Assembly (NCBI RefSeq): GCF_009914755.1
Contig: NC_060938.1
DNA from: the human T2T-CHM13v2.0 reference genome, Homo sapiens
Strand: one strand, 5' to 3'
DNA length: 64,000 nt
The notes under the pieces are model-generated. The model made no database searches and was not told the DNA's origin. It saw only the letters and a program-made list of their open reading frames with translations. Every line of letters starts with the position of its first letter. The stretch's first letter is position 1. The translations under genes and the position numbers were made by a program. Below, piece by piece: positions 12,240-29,534 of this stretch.

Positions 12240-13110
12240 TCTTATTGTGAAGAAAAATTCTTATACATACAATAACAATGCCCATATAGAAAATTGGACA
12301 ACGTCAAGTTTCAAAGGAAAAAAAAACCCCAGTAACCAATAAATATATAATAAATATTCAATCTCACTAATAATTAAAAACACAAATAAAAACCATACCA
12401 ATTTCTCACTTTCAGAATGAAAAATATTTGTTTTAAAAAATAATATCTAAACCAGGCATGGTGGTGCATTCCTGCAGTTTCAGCTATGCAGGAGGTTAAG
12501 GTGGTAAGATCACTTGAGCCTGGGATTTCAAGGCTGCAGTGAGCTATAATCACATCTGGGAATAGCCATTGCACTTCAGCCTGGGCAATATAGTGAGACC
12601 CCATCTCTAAAAAAAAATAATAATTAATCTTGACAAGAGAGTAGGGAAGCTGACAGTTTCTTCTGTTGCCAAAGATAGCATAGGTTGGCACAATCTTTCT
12701 AGAGGGTAGTTTTTCATATAAACAACAATTTTAAAAGGCACATATACTTTTATTTAGTTATTTCGCTTTCAGATATTTATGTAAAGAAAATAGTTATCAA
12801 GCAACTAATAATGTAAATCAGTTATTAGGTAATTTTTTGATTTATAAAAATTTGTTATCAGATTAAATAGCCATCTACAGAGGTTTTTTCAACATTAAAA
12901 ATGATGAAAATTTGTGTTTGCTGACATGAAAAAAGGTAATTACAAAATAAGATTATGTACTAATTTTGTATTTAAGTAAATGTTTGCAAATTCACACACA
13001 AATGTATACCTGCACACACACAGAAAAAATTCTGGAAGGAAATATACTAAAATTTTAGCCATTGTTGTCTTGGTGTGGTGAGATTATAGTTTATTTTTAT
13101 TTTCTTCTTT
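12240..13110 (+). mobile_element. Ancient L1ME-type 3' fragments (host of the FAM)
   Basis: A-rich strand with diverged L1 3' motifs (ATTCAATCTCACTAATAATT, TTGGCACAATCTTTCTAGAGGG, TCTGGAAGGAAATATACTAAAA). Confidence 0.55.
12450..12618 (+). mobile_element. FAM (fossil Alu monomer)
   Basis: Single 7SL-derived monomer with the FAM-diagnostic GAATAGCCA segment and a short poly(A). AAAAATAATA on both sides. Confidence 0.85.
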
Positions 13111-14719
13111 CTAAATACTTTCCTAAATACCTTTCTTGTTAAAAGGCAGTTGGAACCAATTACTTCTGCATCAGAAATTTATTTTTATTAAAAAATTATG
13201 CTGCATATCTTGAGATGGCACTGAATTATGCTGATCCAGTTCAAGAATAATCTCTAAGGCATGGGTATCTATGAAGATAGATGGGTATCCATCTATCTTC
13301 AGAATAACCTTAAATGGATCTTTCAGGCAACTTCTTGACCCTAATAAATTCCAGTAGATTCTTGATACACTTGGGAGTTTGAATTAGTAGTATGTCTCTC
13401 CTTTTCCCACTCCCATTCCACTTAGTATATGAACCAGGTTGTTGACTGCAAGTATTGCTAGAGAGTGGCTCCAAGCACAGCAGTATCATTTATCAATACT
13501 AGTATATCTAGAATGTATCAAAAGTAAAACAGTATTTAGTTGGTAGTAAAAAATAATTTATCAAACCTACACTGAGACATACCTCTCCTCTGTACCAAAA
13601 AGAAACATCATCTGCTGTGATTTTTTACAAGCCAAGTTGGGTAACGTTAACACTGATAAAAATAACCATGGTTTTCAACCAGTACATACAAAGGTAGAGA
13701 GTGCTATTTGGCCCTCTACAGCAAAACCTGTTTTTCCATTCTATCTTGTGGCTTCTTCCTCTTCCATGGTGCACTAGAAGGAGCCCTAGATGGGTATCAG
13801 GAGCTTTCTGTTGAGTGGCCCTAACGTGATACCAGACTTAGGACAAAGCACTTAATTTCCTTTGGAAATTTTTTAATGAAGCAATATATAGGAGATTGAT
13901 GAGTGGATCTTTTAGATTTCCTAACAACTCTAATGTTCTTTGGGTCAAGAAATCTCTTTCATCGACTGGTGTAAATGCTGTGATACAAGTAGTCACACTT
14001 GTTTGATTTTGATTTTCCTTACTTCATCTGTGTGGGACTTAAGGATGATAAGTATAAATCATTTAAAAATTACTTCTCAATGCACACTCAATTATTAGAA
14101 TGCAATGGATTAAGGTTTTAAAAAATGCTTTCAAAATTGTTTTAGCATCATTTTAACATTTGCAAAAGAATGGAAATTCCCTTTCTCAAGTAGAGACAAC
14201 TACAGAATATATGTGGATTTCTTGTTCTGATAATTTTTTGCTAAGTTGTAATGCGTAGGCACGGCTTCGTGTCCATCTAATTTACCACTGTGGGAAGAGG
14301 AAGACAAGAAGCAGAAGGTATACTCATGGCTAGATAACATCTTTTCTACAAATTTATCTCTATTATCAGCCTGGAAATAAAATGAACGTAATTTAAAAAT
14401 TAATATCTTTTTATTTTATTTATTGATTCTTTCTAGTCCTTGTTATGTAAAAGTATTTTTATAATACGTTTGTATTCCCTTTAATTATTCTAATTGCTTC
14501 TCTGTGTACCTTGGAGAAGTCATCTAAATGCATTGGCTTTGTTTTAGTCATCTGTTAAATCTGTTGGATAAGATGATCTAAGATACCTTCTTGCCCTAAG
14601 ACTTTTATTTATACATCAAAACTGGTGATATTGATAAAAAGGAGTTTATAACTTTGTTCTTATTCCATATGTCCATTGTAGGATAATTAGCAAATAGAGA
14701 TACAGAAATATGATGTATA

Positions 14720-15250
14720 ATCTGAACACCCAATAATAACTATTGTTAATGTTACTATAGTGATGGCATATAAATCAGTTTTAACTCTAGTGTAAAGGTT
14801 CAAAGAAAAAAATTAAAAATGATAATAGCTATAACACTTTATTAATGGATATACAATATAAAAATATGTAAATCGTGACACCAAAAACATAAAATGTTTA
14901 GGGGGAGTAGAAGTGTAGAGTTTTTCTACGTGATGTAAATTAAGTTGTTATCATCTAAAAATATACTGTTTCAACTATAAGATGTCCTATGTAAGCCCCC
15001 ATGGTAACTACAAACATAAACCTATGGTAGATACACAAAAGAGAAAGAGAAAGGAATGAAAGCCACTGTATAAAATCATCAAATCACAGAGGAAGTCAGC
15101 AAGAAAGGAAGAAAGGAACAAATGCACTACAAAACACTCAGAAAACAATGAACAAAATGACAATAGTAAGCCCTTACCTAACAATAATTACTTTAAATGT
15201 AAATGGACTAAATTCTTCAATCAAAATAGAGAATGGCTAAATGGATAATA
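14720..15250 (+). mobile_element. Old L1M inter-ORF and ORF2 start fragment
   Basis: ATGACAATAGTAAGCCCTTACCTAACAATAATTACTTTAAATGTAAATGGACTAAAT = start of the L1 endonuclease (..ITLNVNGLN). Confidence 0.8.
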
Positions 15251-15254
15251 ATTT

Positions 15255-15849
15255 TCTCTCTACCCCTTCATAATTCTTAACTGGACCTTCCTTTAATAAA
15301 GTCAGATTAACAAGAGAAAAACAAGTTTATTTGCATGGATATTTTATACATATGTAAGAGAAAATCTAGAGAAATTAGTAAATTTCTAGAGTAGATGTCA
15401 AAAAAGTTTTAGACTTCAGGCTTAAATACCTCTGCTCTCTGAAACAAAGAAAGAAGAGTGTGGGGAAATGCCTGGTTAAGAAGAGATGGCCAAGAAAAGC
15501 ACCATAAAATAAAAGTAAGGTTTGTTATGCAGATTAAAGTCTATGCCTTCTCCATTGTATAGTAATTACTAATTACTATAAGTAACTAGTAATTTGTTTA
15601 GTGATACATTGCCTATGACTATCATTGTCTTCCTGGTGCAGAGAGGGAGACACCCTTACCAATGGAGGTTTTCTTTATAGATGCAAATTTCTTTGACAAA
15701 AGGGCAACTTTTCAGAGCTAATTCTGTGTCTGCAGTTTCTCAAAATAACCAGCTCAAAGTAATCAGTATGCAAAATAGTCATATTTTGGGGTGGCCTATT
15801 CTGGTCTCCTACAGTCATATTTTACAGTGGTGCATCCCAAGCCCCATCA
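15255..15849 (-). mobile_element. ERV1 solo LTR, MER34 family
   Basis: Reverse strand reads TGATGGGG..TGTAGGAGACCAGAATAGGCCACCCCAAAATATG..TTTGAGCTG..GAGAAACTGCAGACACAG, characteristic of MER34-type LTRs. Confidence 0.75.
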
Positions 15850-16039
15850 GTTTGTTCACCCACTCACGAGTTAAATGACATGTATATGAATTTTTTCCAG
15901 TTTTGGAGATTATGACTAAAGCCACTATAAACATTTTCATTCACATTTCTGTTTGAACATGTTTTCATTTATTTTGTACCTAGGAGGGGTTTTGCTGGGT
16001 CATATGGTTGGTGTATGTATAACTTTTTAAGAAACTTTT
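15850..16039 (-). mobile_element. Old L1 (L1MC-like), left part, split by the L1PA insertion
   Basis: TTGCTGGGTCATATGGT..AACTTTTTAAGAAAC continues after 22155 as ..TTTTCCAAAGTGGCT. Confidence 0.8.
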
Positions 16040-16310
16040 GGGGGCATTCCAAGATGGCCGAGTAGGAACAGCTCCAGTCTGCAGCTCCCAGCGTGATTGA
16101 CGCAGAAGACGGGCGATTTCTGCATTTCCAACTGAGCTACCTGGTTCATCTCATTGGGATTTGTTGGACAGTGGGTGCAGCTCATGGAGGGCAAGCTGAA
16201 GCAGGGCAGGGTGTTGCCTCACCTGGGAAGTGCAAAGGGTTGGGGGATTTCCCTTTCCTAGCCAAGGGAAGCTGAGTGACAGACTACCTGGAAAAATGGG
16301 GCACTCCCAC

Positions 16311-16478
16311 TCAAATACTACGCTTTTCCCAAAGTCTTAGCAACCGGCAGACAAGGAGATTCTCTCTTGTGCCTGGCTTGGTGAGTCCCATGCCCAAGGA
16401 GCCTTGCTCACTGCTAGCGCAGCAGTCTGAGATTGATCTGCCAGGTGGCAGCCTGGCTGGGGAAGGGGAGTCCACCAT
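16311..16478 (-). pseudogene. L1 antisense ORF0 homologue (55 aa, C-terminally truncated)
   Basis: MVDSPSPARLPPGRSISDCCASSEQ..EKRSI aligns with L1 ORF0 (MAGAPPPASLPPCSLISDCCAS..EKRNI). ATG intact, early TGA at 16313-16311. Confidence 0.75.
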
Positions 16479-17040
16479 TGCTGAGGCTTGAGTACGTAAA
16501 CAAAGTGACTGGGAAGCTTGAACTGGGCGGAGCCCACCACAGCTCACAAGGCCTACTGCCTCTAGGCTCCACCTCTGTGGGCAGGGCATAGCTGAAAAAA
16601 AGGCAGCAGAAAACTTCTGAAGACTTAAACATCCCTGTCTGACATTTGAGCTCTGAGAACGGACAGACTGCCTCCTCAAGTGGGTCCCTGACCTCCGTGT
16701 AGCCTGACTGGGAGAAACCTCCCAGTAGGGGCCGACAGACACCTCATATAGGCAACTGCCCCTCTGGGATGAAGCTTCCAGAGAAAGGATCAGGCAGCAA
16801 TATTTGCTGTTCTGCAATATTTGCTGCTCTGCAGCCTCCGCCGGTGATACCCAGGCAAACAGGGTCTGGATTGGAACTCCAGCAAGCTCCAACAGACCTG
16901 CAGCTGAGGGACCTGACTGTTAGAAGGAAAACTAACAAACAGAAAGGAATAGCATCAACATCAACAAAAAGGTCATCTACACCAAAACCCCATCTGTAGG
17001 TCACCAACATCAAAGATCAAAGGTAGATAAAATCACAAAG

Positions 17041-18062
17041 ATGGTGAGAAACCAGAGCAGAAAAGCTGAACATTCTAAAAATCAGAGCACCTCTTCTCTT
17101 CCAAAGGATCGCAGCTCCTCGCCAGCAACAGAACAAAGCTGGACGGAGAATGACTTTAATGAGTTGACAGAAGTAGGCTTCAGAAGGTCGGTAATAACAA
17201 ACTTCTCCAAGCTAAAGGAGGATGTTCAAACCCATTGCAAGGAAGCTAAAAACCTTGAAAAAATTTAGACAAATGGTTAACTCGAAGAAACAGTGTAGAG
17301 AAAACCTTAAATGATCTGATGGAGCTGAAAACCATGGCACGAGAACTTCGTGACGCATGCACATGCTTCAATAGCCAATTTGATCAAGTGGAAGAAAGGG
17401 TATCAGTGATTGAAGATCGAATTAATGAAATAAAGTGAGAAGACAAGGTTGGAGAAAAAAGAGTAAAAAGAAATGAACAAAGCCTCCAAGAAATATGGGA
17501 CTATATGAAAAGAACAAATCTATGTTTGTTTGGTGTACCTGAAAGTGATGGAGAGAATGGAACCAAGTAGAAAACACTCTTCAGGATATTATCCAGGAGA
17601 ACTTCCCTAACCTAGCAAGGCAGGCCAACATTCAAATTCGGGAAATACAGAGAACACCACAAAGATACTCCTCGAGAAGAGCAACCCCAAGACACATAAT
17701 CATCAGATTCACCAAGGCTGAAATGAAGGAAAAAATGTTAAGGGCAGCCAGAGAGAAAGATTGGGCTACCCACAAAGGGAAGCCCATCAGACTAACAGAG
17801 GATCTCTCTGCAGAAACCCTACAAGCCAGAAGAGAGTGGGGGCCAATAGTCAACATTTTAAAGAAAATAATTTTCAACCCAGAATTTCATATCCAGCCAA
17901 ACTAAGCTCATAAGTGAAGGAGAAATAAAATCCTTTACAGACAAGCAAATGCTGAGAGATTTCGAAACCACCTGGCCTGCCTTACAAGAGCTCCTGAAGG
18001 AAGCACTAAACATGGAAAGAAACAACTGGTACCAGCCACTGCAAAAATAGGCCAAATTGTAA
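17041..18062 (+). pseudogene. L1 ORF1p, disrupted
   Basis: MVRNQSRKAE.. N-terminus with a premature TAG at 17266-17268. Later fragment MKEKMLRAAREK..ARREW, plus further stops and frameshifts. Confidence 0.93.
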
Positions 18063-18125
18063 AGACCATCGATGCTATGAAGAAACTGCATCAATTAGCA
18101 GGCAAAATAACCAGCGAACATCATA

Positions 18126-21941
<3,816 letters not shown>

Positions 21942-22154
21942 AGAATGAGGTCACTTGGACACAGGGCGGGGAACGTTACACACTGGGGCCTGTTGTGGGG
22001 TGGGGACCTGGGGGAGGGATAGCATTAGGAGAAATACCTAATGTAAGTGATGTGTTGATGGGTGCAGCAAACCAACTTGGCACATGCATGCCTAGGTATC
22101 AAACCTGCCCGTTGTCCACATGTACCCTAGAACTTAAAGTATAATTAAAAAAAA

Positions 22155-23150
<996 letters not shown>

Positions 23151-23545
23151 TTGTATTTTGATAAATAACATAAACCAGTAATCTGCATATATTGTCAAAT
23201 GCTAGTTCATAAGCTTCTTTGGCTGGATTTGTTTTGTGTCACATGTGTAGCTAAGATAACAAACTATGCTTGAAGAGGATAATCGGTGCTTCTTAGGGCA
23301 GGTTGAATTTTCACATTTTTCTCCAATGTATCAGCACACATTCCACTTTATTTTGTGAGCTGACCCATTTAGAAGTCCTGACCTCCCTTAGAAAAAAAGC
23401 AAAACGTACTCTTTACTTTTGGGTTTGCTTAGTTTAAAGCTTTTCATAATTTTAAAACCAAAACTAGAATAAATTCCTAATTGATGGCTCTTTGGAATTT
23501 AGAATGCACTTTTGCATAGAAGTAATGTTTGTAAATGATGGTCAT

Positions 23546-23967
23546 TCATAAAAGAAAAACTTCAGCATAATTAAATTTAAAGGAGTTTAATTGAGGAATG
23601 AGCAATTCGCAAATCAGGCAGCCTCCCGAGCCAGAGCAGGCTCTGAGACTCCAGCGCAGCTATGTAGGGGAAGAAGATTTATGGACAGAAAAGGGAAAGT
23701 GACATACAGAAAAGGGAAAGTGACGTACAGAAAATGGAAGTGAGGTACAGAAATAGCCAAATTGGTTACAGCTTGGCATTTGCCTTATTTGAACACCGTT
23801 GAAACAGTTGTCTACAGTTGATTGGCCAAAACTTGGTGATTGGCACAAATGTAGGCTACAGTTGGTTTACACTTCCACTTACTATAGTTCACAATGTACG
23901 GCAAAACCTTTAGGCCGAACTTAAAATATGTAAGGAGGTTTAGCTTTAGGCTAAGCTTGATTTAACA
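23546..23967 (-). mobile_element. ERV1 solo LTR, MER57 family
   Basis: Reverse strand begins TGTTAAATCAAGCTTAGCCTAAAG..CCTCCTTACATATTTTAAGTTCGGCCTAAAGG. Three CCAAT boxes and an internal 21-bp tandem repeat. Confidence 0.85.
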
Positions 23968-24229
23968 TTACATACCCAGACTATCTTATAAATATTTGAT
24001 TTATCTATCATGAAGAAGAAATACTATTTATAACAAGGATAAAACCAGCAAGTACATGGACCCCTGTGGAAGTTTTGATGAGAAATTACTGAAAAGATTT
24101 TAAGTATTATAGACACTGGTTCTTAAGTAGAACAAATTTAATCCCCAAGAATATGGCTTTCCTTTTTCTTGATACAGCAGCATGATTATTTTATGCATTA
24201 CTCATGATGGTGTGGAGATGAGTGATAGT

Positions 24230-24435
24230 CATTAAATACTGATTATGTGCAATTAGATAAGGCTTTTCTTAAGTCATCTCATTCCTCTAAGAACTCTGTG
24301 AAGTAGCAAATTTATCTCCATTTTATGGATTTGAAAACTGACATTTAGAAAGGCCATACAATTTGCTCAACATCTCACAATTAATGCATTGGCTCTGGAA
24401 TTAAAATTCAGTTCTGTCTGATTTCAGAGCTCACT
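24230..24435 (-). mobile_element. MIR
   Basis: CTCCATTTTATGGATTTGAAAACTGA, reverse MIR core. Confidence 0.65.
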
Positions 24436-24989
24436 ATTCTCTGATGATTGGGTGAACATTTTGGCTAGTGAAATAAATGATGAAGGGAGAGAGATCCTCC
24501 TTCAAAGAGAGAGGATTGAGGAGAAAGGGAGTTAAAGGAGATGAGTGTATGTAAGTGAAAAAGATTAAGGGAGAATTGAATGAACCCTGAGTGATGACTT
24601 AATAGAGGTAGATATATTCTGCCAAAAAGTCCTTGAAGAGGAATAAAAGAATAGGGTGTAGAAAAGGGAAGTCAAATAAAGGAGTTCTACCTTCTGACCA
24701 CTAGGTGACACCATTGACAGAGAACACCTTGGCTGCTGTCTGGAGGTTGGTGGTGAGGGTGGTGGGGGGTGGTGCGTGAGGCAGGGAGCCAGGGAGAGAC
24801 AGTGAAGAAGGTTTTAGGAGTAAGTTGCAGGTCATCCACATAAGGGACATTTGAAGCAGTCAGAAGTGATGTCAGTCACATGGAGAGTGCCTTATGGAGA
24901 AAGGCGTCCAAAGTGTATAGCCTGTTCAGGTGTCACTGTTGATCTTAATGTGAATCATTTCTATTTCTACCAAACACCAAGTAGGGAGG

Positions 24990-25235
24990 CAGTGTCAGTA
25001 TAGGGATTAAGAGCAAGGAATCTGGAGCTTGGCTTTATAGGTCTGGAACCTGGCTCTGCCACCACCAACTCAGGCAAGTCACCCAATCTTTCTAAGCCTC
25101 AGTTCCTTTCTCTGTAAAAGGGATATAACAATATCTACCTCAAAGAGATGCTGTGCAGATTAAATGAAATGATAAATGTAAAGCACTTGGTATGGTGCCT
25201 TCCCCAAAACATACTTGTTTAATGCTGTCATTATT
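24990..25235 (+). mobile_element. MIR
   Basis: GGCAAGTCACCCAATCTTTCTAAGCCTCAGTTCCTTTCTCTGTAAAA core and MIR tail. Confidence 0.8.
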
Positions 25236-26191
25236 GTTAGGTAGAATTTTTTTTTTAAAAAGACAGCTAAATTAAAATTAAAATGAATGAATTAATACAT
25301 TTCCAGAACAGTAAGAGACAGGTTTTTTAGTTCAGATAATGCAATTTCTTTTGCTTTTGTTGATTGTACACAAAACACTATCAGTTTAGAGGAGCACTGC
25401 ATTTTAACTTCTTATATGCTTTTTAATTTCTTAATTGAAAAAAGCTCTATTCTTGCATATTTTGCTAAGAGATCACATAAATATTGTAGCATTCATGGTC
25501 AACTCTAGGCAAAATTTCAAGATGGTGAAATTCATCCTTGATGCGTTCTCAGCTCTCAATTCCATCTTTGTGCCCTTCAGTCTCTCTTCCCCACCTCCAT
25601 TCTTCTCAACCTTCCTTTCTCTTCTCCTAATATTTCTAATGATCTTAATCTGCTCTTCAGCTACCACTGACCACTCTAAGAAACACCCCAGAAATGCGTT
25701 TCCTCTCGTGTCTTCCCAATCCAAAACTTTAAAGTTACTTCTTTCTTGTTCACCTCATTCCCCACAGACTCCAACTCAGTCAATCCTTCTATTTTTGGAG
25801 ATCAAAAACTGGATTTGACTAACTAATAATAAATAGAGAACGAACAGATATTTTTACCATCCCCAGGAATGTTCACATTTTGTGAAGACTTTTTAACTGA
25901 GATAAACCTGTAGCAGATTGTGTGTCAAGCCATATGAGAAACTTAAATGAAGAGTTTTGGGTATTCTGAAGGAGGGCTTAGGAATGGAGTGACTTTCCTT
26001 AAGGTGGCCCTAAGCACTAAGGTGGCCACCAAGGAAATACAGATCATTGAAAATTCCCCAAAACTCAGAGATTTTCATTTACTCAGTAATTTAAAATTCT
26101 TGCTAAGCTTTTTGAAAGTGTTGTTTGCAATTGGAAAAATTCTCTTTAATTGCTTTGTCTCTCTTATTTTACAGTGTCTCAACACTATTAG

Positions 26192-26670
26192 TGTGGCAGA
26201 AGCCCCTGGTTACTTTCCCATAGCCATTCTCCTTTCTTTCCACAGTAATACAACCCTTAATTTTATAACGGTCATAATAAAAACCACATTCCCCAGCTTC
26301 CCTTGCAGCTAAGAGTAACCTTGTGTTTACCTTTTGGACAATAGAATGCAAACAGGAATGTCATTTGCAACTTAAGGAGTATCCTTACAGGAAAGGGCTT
26401 ACAGTTCTTCCCCTTTCTCTTTCCAGTTGGCTGGAAGGCAGATATAAAGACTAGAGCTCTAGACAGCATTTTGAATCAGGCTACTGAAATTCATTCCTTA
26501 TAGGGGACACAACAGCAAGTGGGCATGATCCTGGTTACATGATGAACAAATCAAGTTACTGTACCAGCTTTGGACTGCTCATTTCTGGAACTTGGAAATA
26601 ATAGAACACTTTGTGTGTTTAAGCCACTATTGTGTTTTTTATCACGTACAGCTGAATTTAATTCAAGCTA
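26192..26670 (+). mobile_element. MaLR solo LTR (MLT1G/H-like)
   Basis: TGTGGCAGA start, CCAGCTTCCCTTGCAGCTA, GTTTAAGCCACT near the 3' end. Confidence 0.7.
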
Positions 26671-26698
26671 CCTGTCGCTGATAGAAAGTTATAGGTGA

Positions 26699-27024
<326 letters not shown>

Positions 27025-27177
27025 TTAAATAACCTGCTCATGGATAATTCTCAATACAAGAAAAGTTTAATTCAAATTCACTAAGACAATTAGGTGACTT
27101 TTTTTTGCAGTTAGTATCTGTAATACATGGCCTTAACCTGTTAGCAGTGGAATCTTCTATTCTGATGCTGTAGAGAC

Positions 27178-27365
27178 CAGTGCTATTCAATAAAACTTTT
27201 ATGATGATGGAAATGTTTATGTCCTGGTTATTCCTGGAAAAGCCACTAGTCACACATGGCTATTGAGCACTTGAAATGTGGTTTTTGTAACTAAGGAACT
27301 AAATCTTAAATTTTATTTGTTTTAATTAATTTAAACTTAAGTAGTTACATGTGGCTTGTAGCTCT
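27178..27365. mobile_element. MER3 hAT-Charlie MITE
   Basis: CAGTGCTATTCAATA..GATGATGGAAATGTT..GCCACTAGTCACACATGGCTATTGAGCACTTGAAATGTGG. Confidence 0.8.
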
Positions 27366-28504
27366 GATTCTGAGAGTTTGGCACATACTCAACATACTCA
27401 ACTTGTCCACAGTTTTTCTTCATTTGAGCTACATTTTAAGCAAAGAAACTGAATGCTGTAAATGATCAATGGGTTGGTGAAGCCAGTTACAGCTAATGAA
27501 AGCTGCCTCTTAGATGGAGTGAGAATTGAAGGAAGGCTAAAACAGTTTCCGTTTTCTCCCACAAGAAGAATATGCCAATTACATTGACCTTAAATGTTTC
27601 ACAATGGAATATTTTAGGATCTTAAAACATGGAAAGCTCAAATACAGATGTGTTCCTCTGGTAGCAGCCTTCAGAAGCCATAGGTGATGCGTGGTAGATT
27701 TTGTTTCTCCTCCATCCCTGACAAAATTGACTCTTGATTTTGTGCTATTGCGTTAGGGGTCACACTGATTCCCAGGCTTATCTCCTTGCTTCTGCTAAAT
27801 TACAAGACTTCTTTCATGTATTTCAGGTGTTTGTGGAGGTTTCTGGGCTCTGCTATAGGTGGTGGCACAGCATGAGCATGGCTGTTTATTCCAGTCTCCT
27901 TACAGTCAGTTGTAAAACTGTAAATGGCTAAAACAAACACCCTTTGCTATCACCTATTCTATTAACAGCCCTTAGGACCAGGGCTGTCATTAGCAAAGTA
28001 GACCCTGCTTCTATTCTAACTTTGGACTACAATCAGAAGATTTGCAGCAGTTAATGAGGTGAAGTCAGGTATATTGGCTTCTGTATGGATGTCAGGGAAC
28101 TTGCCTTTAAAGACTGCTTCCAGATTTAGAAATAAATGCTGTAATTCCAAAAAAGTAAAAGTCTTTACTAAAGATGACACCTGCTATACATATGTGTACA
28201 GTGCTGTGCCAAATGCTGTAATTTTCTGAGCAAGTTGATTTTCTGGCTTATTAATTATTCAGTAGAGGGGTCTCTCTGAGTCTCTGCTTGGATTCTAGAG
28301 ATTAACTCTTGGCAGATAATAGAGAAATTGTGTGAGTGGCTCTATTTTCCAAAGGCCAAAAAATGGAGTTCTGAATTGACCTTATTTTTCTTATGCCTGT
28401 CTTTCCCTCCTTTCCTATCCAAACAAGCACTGACTGTGTAGCTCAGGGCAGGCTATCTTTGTTACCGCAGTTAAGGTACACCTGGAAAATTTCTGTTCCC
28501 TTTG

Positions 28505-28745
28505 TGGGCACAGAGAGTTTTGTGTCATCCAGATTTATGGTCAACTCCCGACTCTACCACTTACTAGCTGTGTCATCCTCGGTAATTTCTAAACTTCTCT
28601 GTGCTTTGGTTTCAATAAAATGTAGGTGATAACAGCTCCTTTGTGCAGGGTCATCATGTGTTTATGTGTGCTAAGGTAATTTAATGTGGTTAGTATTACA
28701 CCTGCAACATAGTAAGCATTCAGTACATGGCATAGTTATTGTCAT
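28505..28745 (+). mobile_element. MIR
   Basis: CTCTACCACTTACTAGCTGTGT.. and tail AACATAGTAAGCATTCAGTA. Confidence 0.7.
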
Positions 28746-29534
28746 ACACTCTTTCAAATTAGTGAACAAATGCATTATTATTATTCTTTTCATCAGAAAG
28801 CATTCAAGTGCCCACTGAGACATATTCTCCTTCCTGCTGTCCCTCTTCACTGTGTTTTGGAAATGAACAAGGAAGCTGGAAACAGAATTGCTACCGACAT
28901 CCGTCTTTCAATAGGAGAAGAATCAGTCTAAGGAACAATTTGACATATGAAGGAGAATAAATCTGAGAGAAGCAGAGCCAGGGTTCTGATCAAACCATAC
29001 CTGAAGCCCATGTTACTGCTGATCTATTCCCTTAGTCAACAAGTAAATTATTTTTATTGTCAGTTTGGCTTGGTTGATCTGTCCTTGCAGCCTAAGTGAT
29101 GCATGAGCGAATGGAGAAATGAACTAGTTGCTACATAGAAGCTTGAGGTCAGGTTGAAATTAGGGGCTCAAACTAGATATGAAACCCAGGGCATGGAAAT
29201 GGTCACAGTGCCTCTTGAATAAGAAGCGCTACTTCAAATTGGAATGTTGATGTAACAGAATCAAGAGATAGTATTCTCAGGGCTTGGTCAGCAAGGTCTG
29301 AAGGTTCAAAATGTGGCTGTGTTGTAAACTACTGAGAAAGCCAGTGGGGAGAAGAGATTTCCCTAAGACAGTCTGACAACTATGTTCCGTCTCATGCTAG
29401 AGATACCTGGCTGCTAGTCAAAGGCCTTCCTAGAAGGTGCTAAGAGAGTAAAGGGATATCCAAAAAAAAAAAAAAAAAAAGTAAAAATAAAGAGAGATAA
29501 TTAAGAATCCTCAATTATCCTCAGAAAAGAAGTA

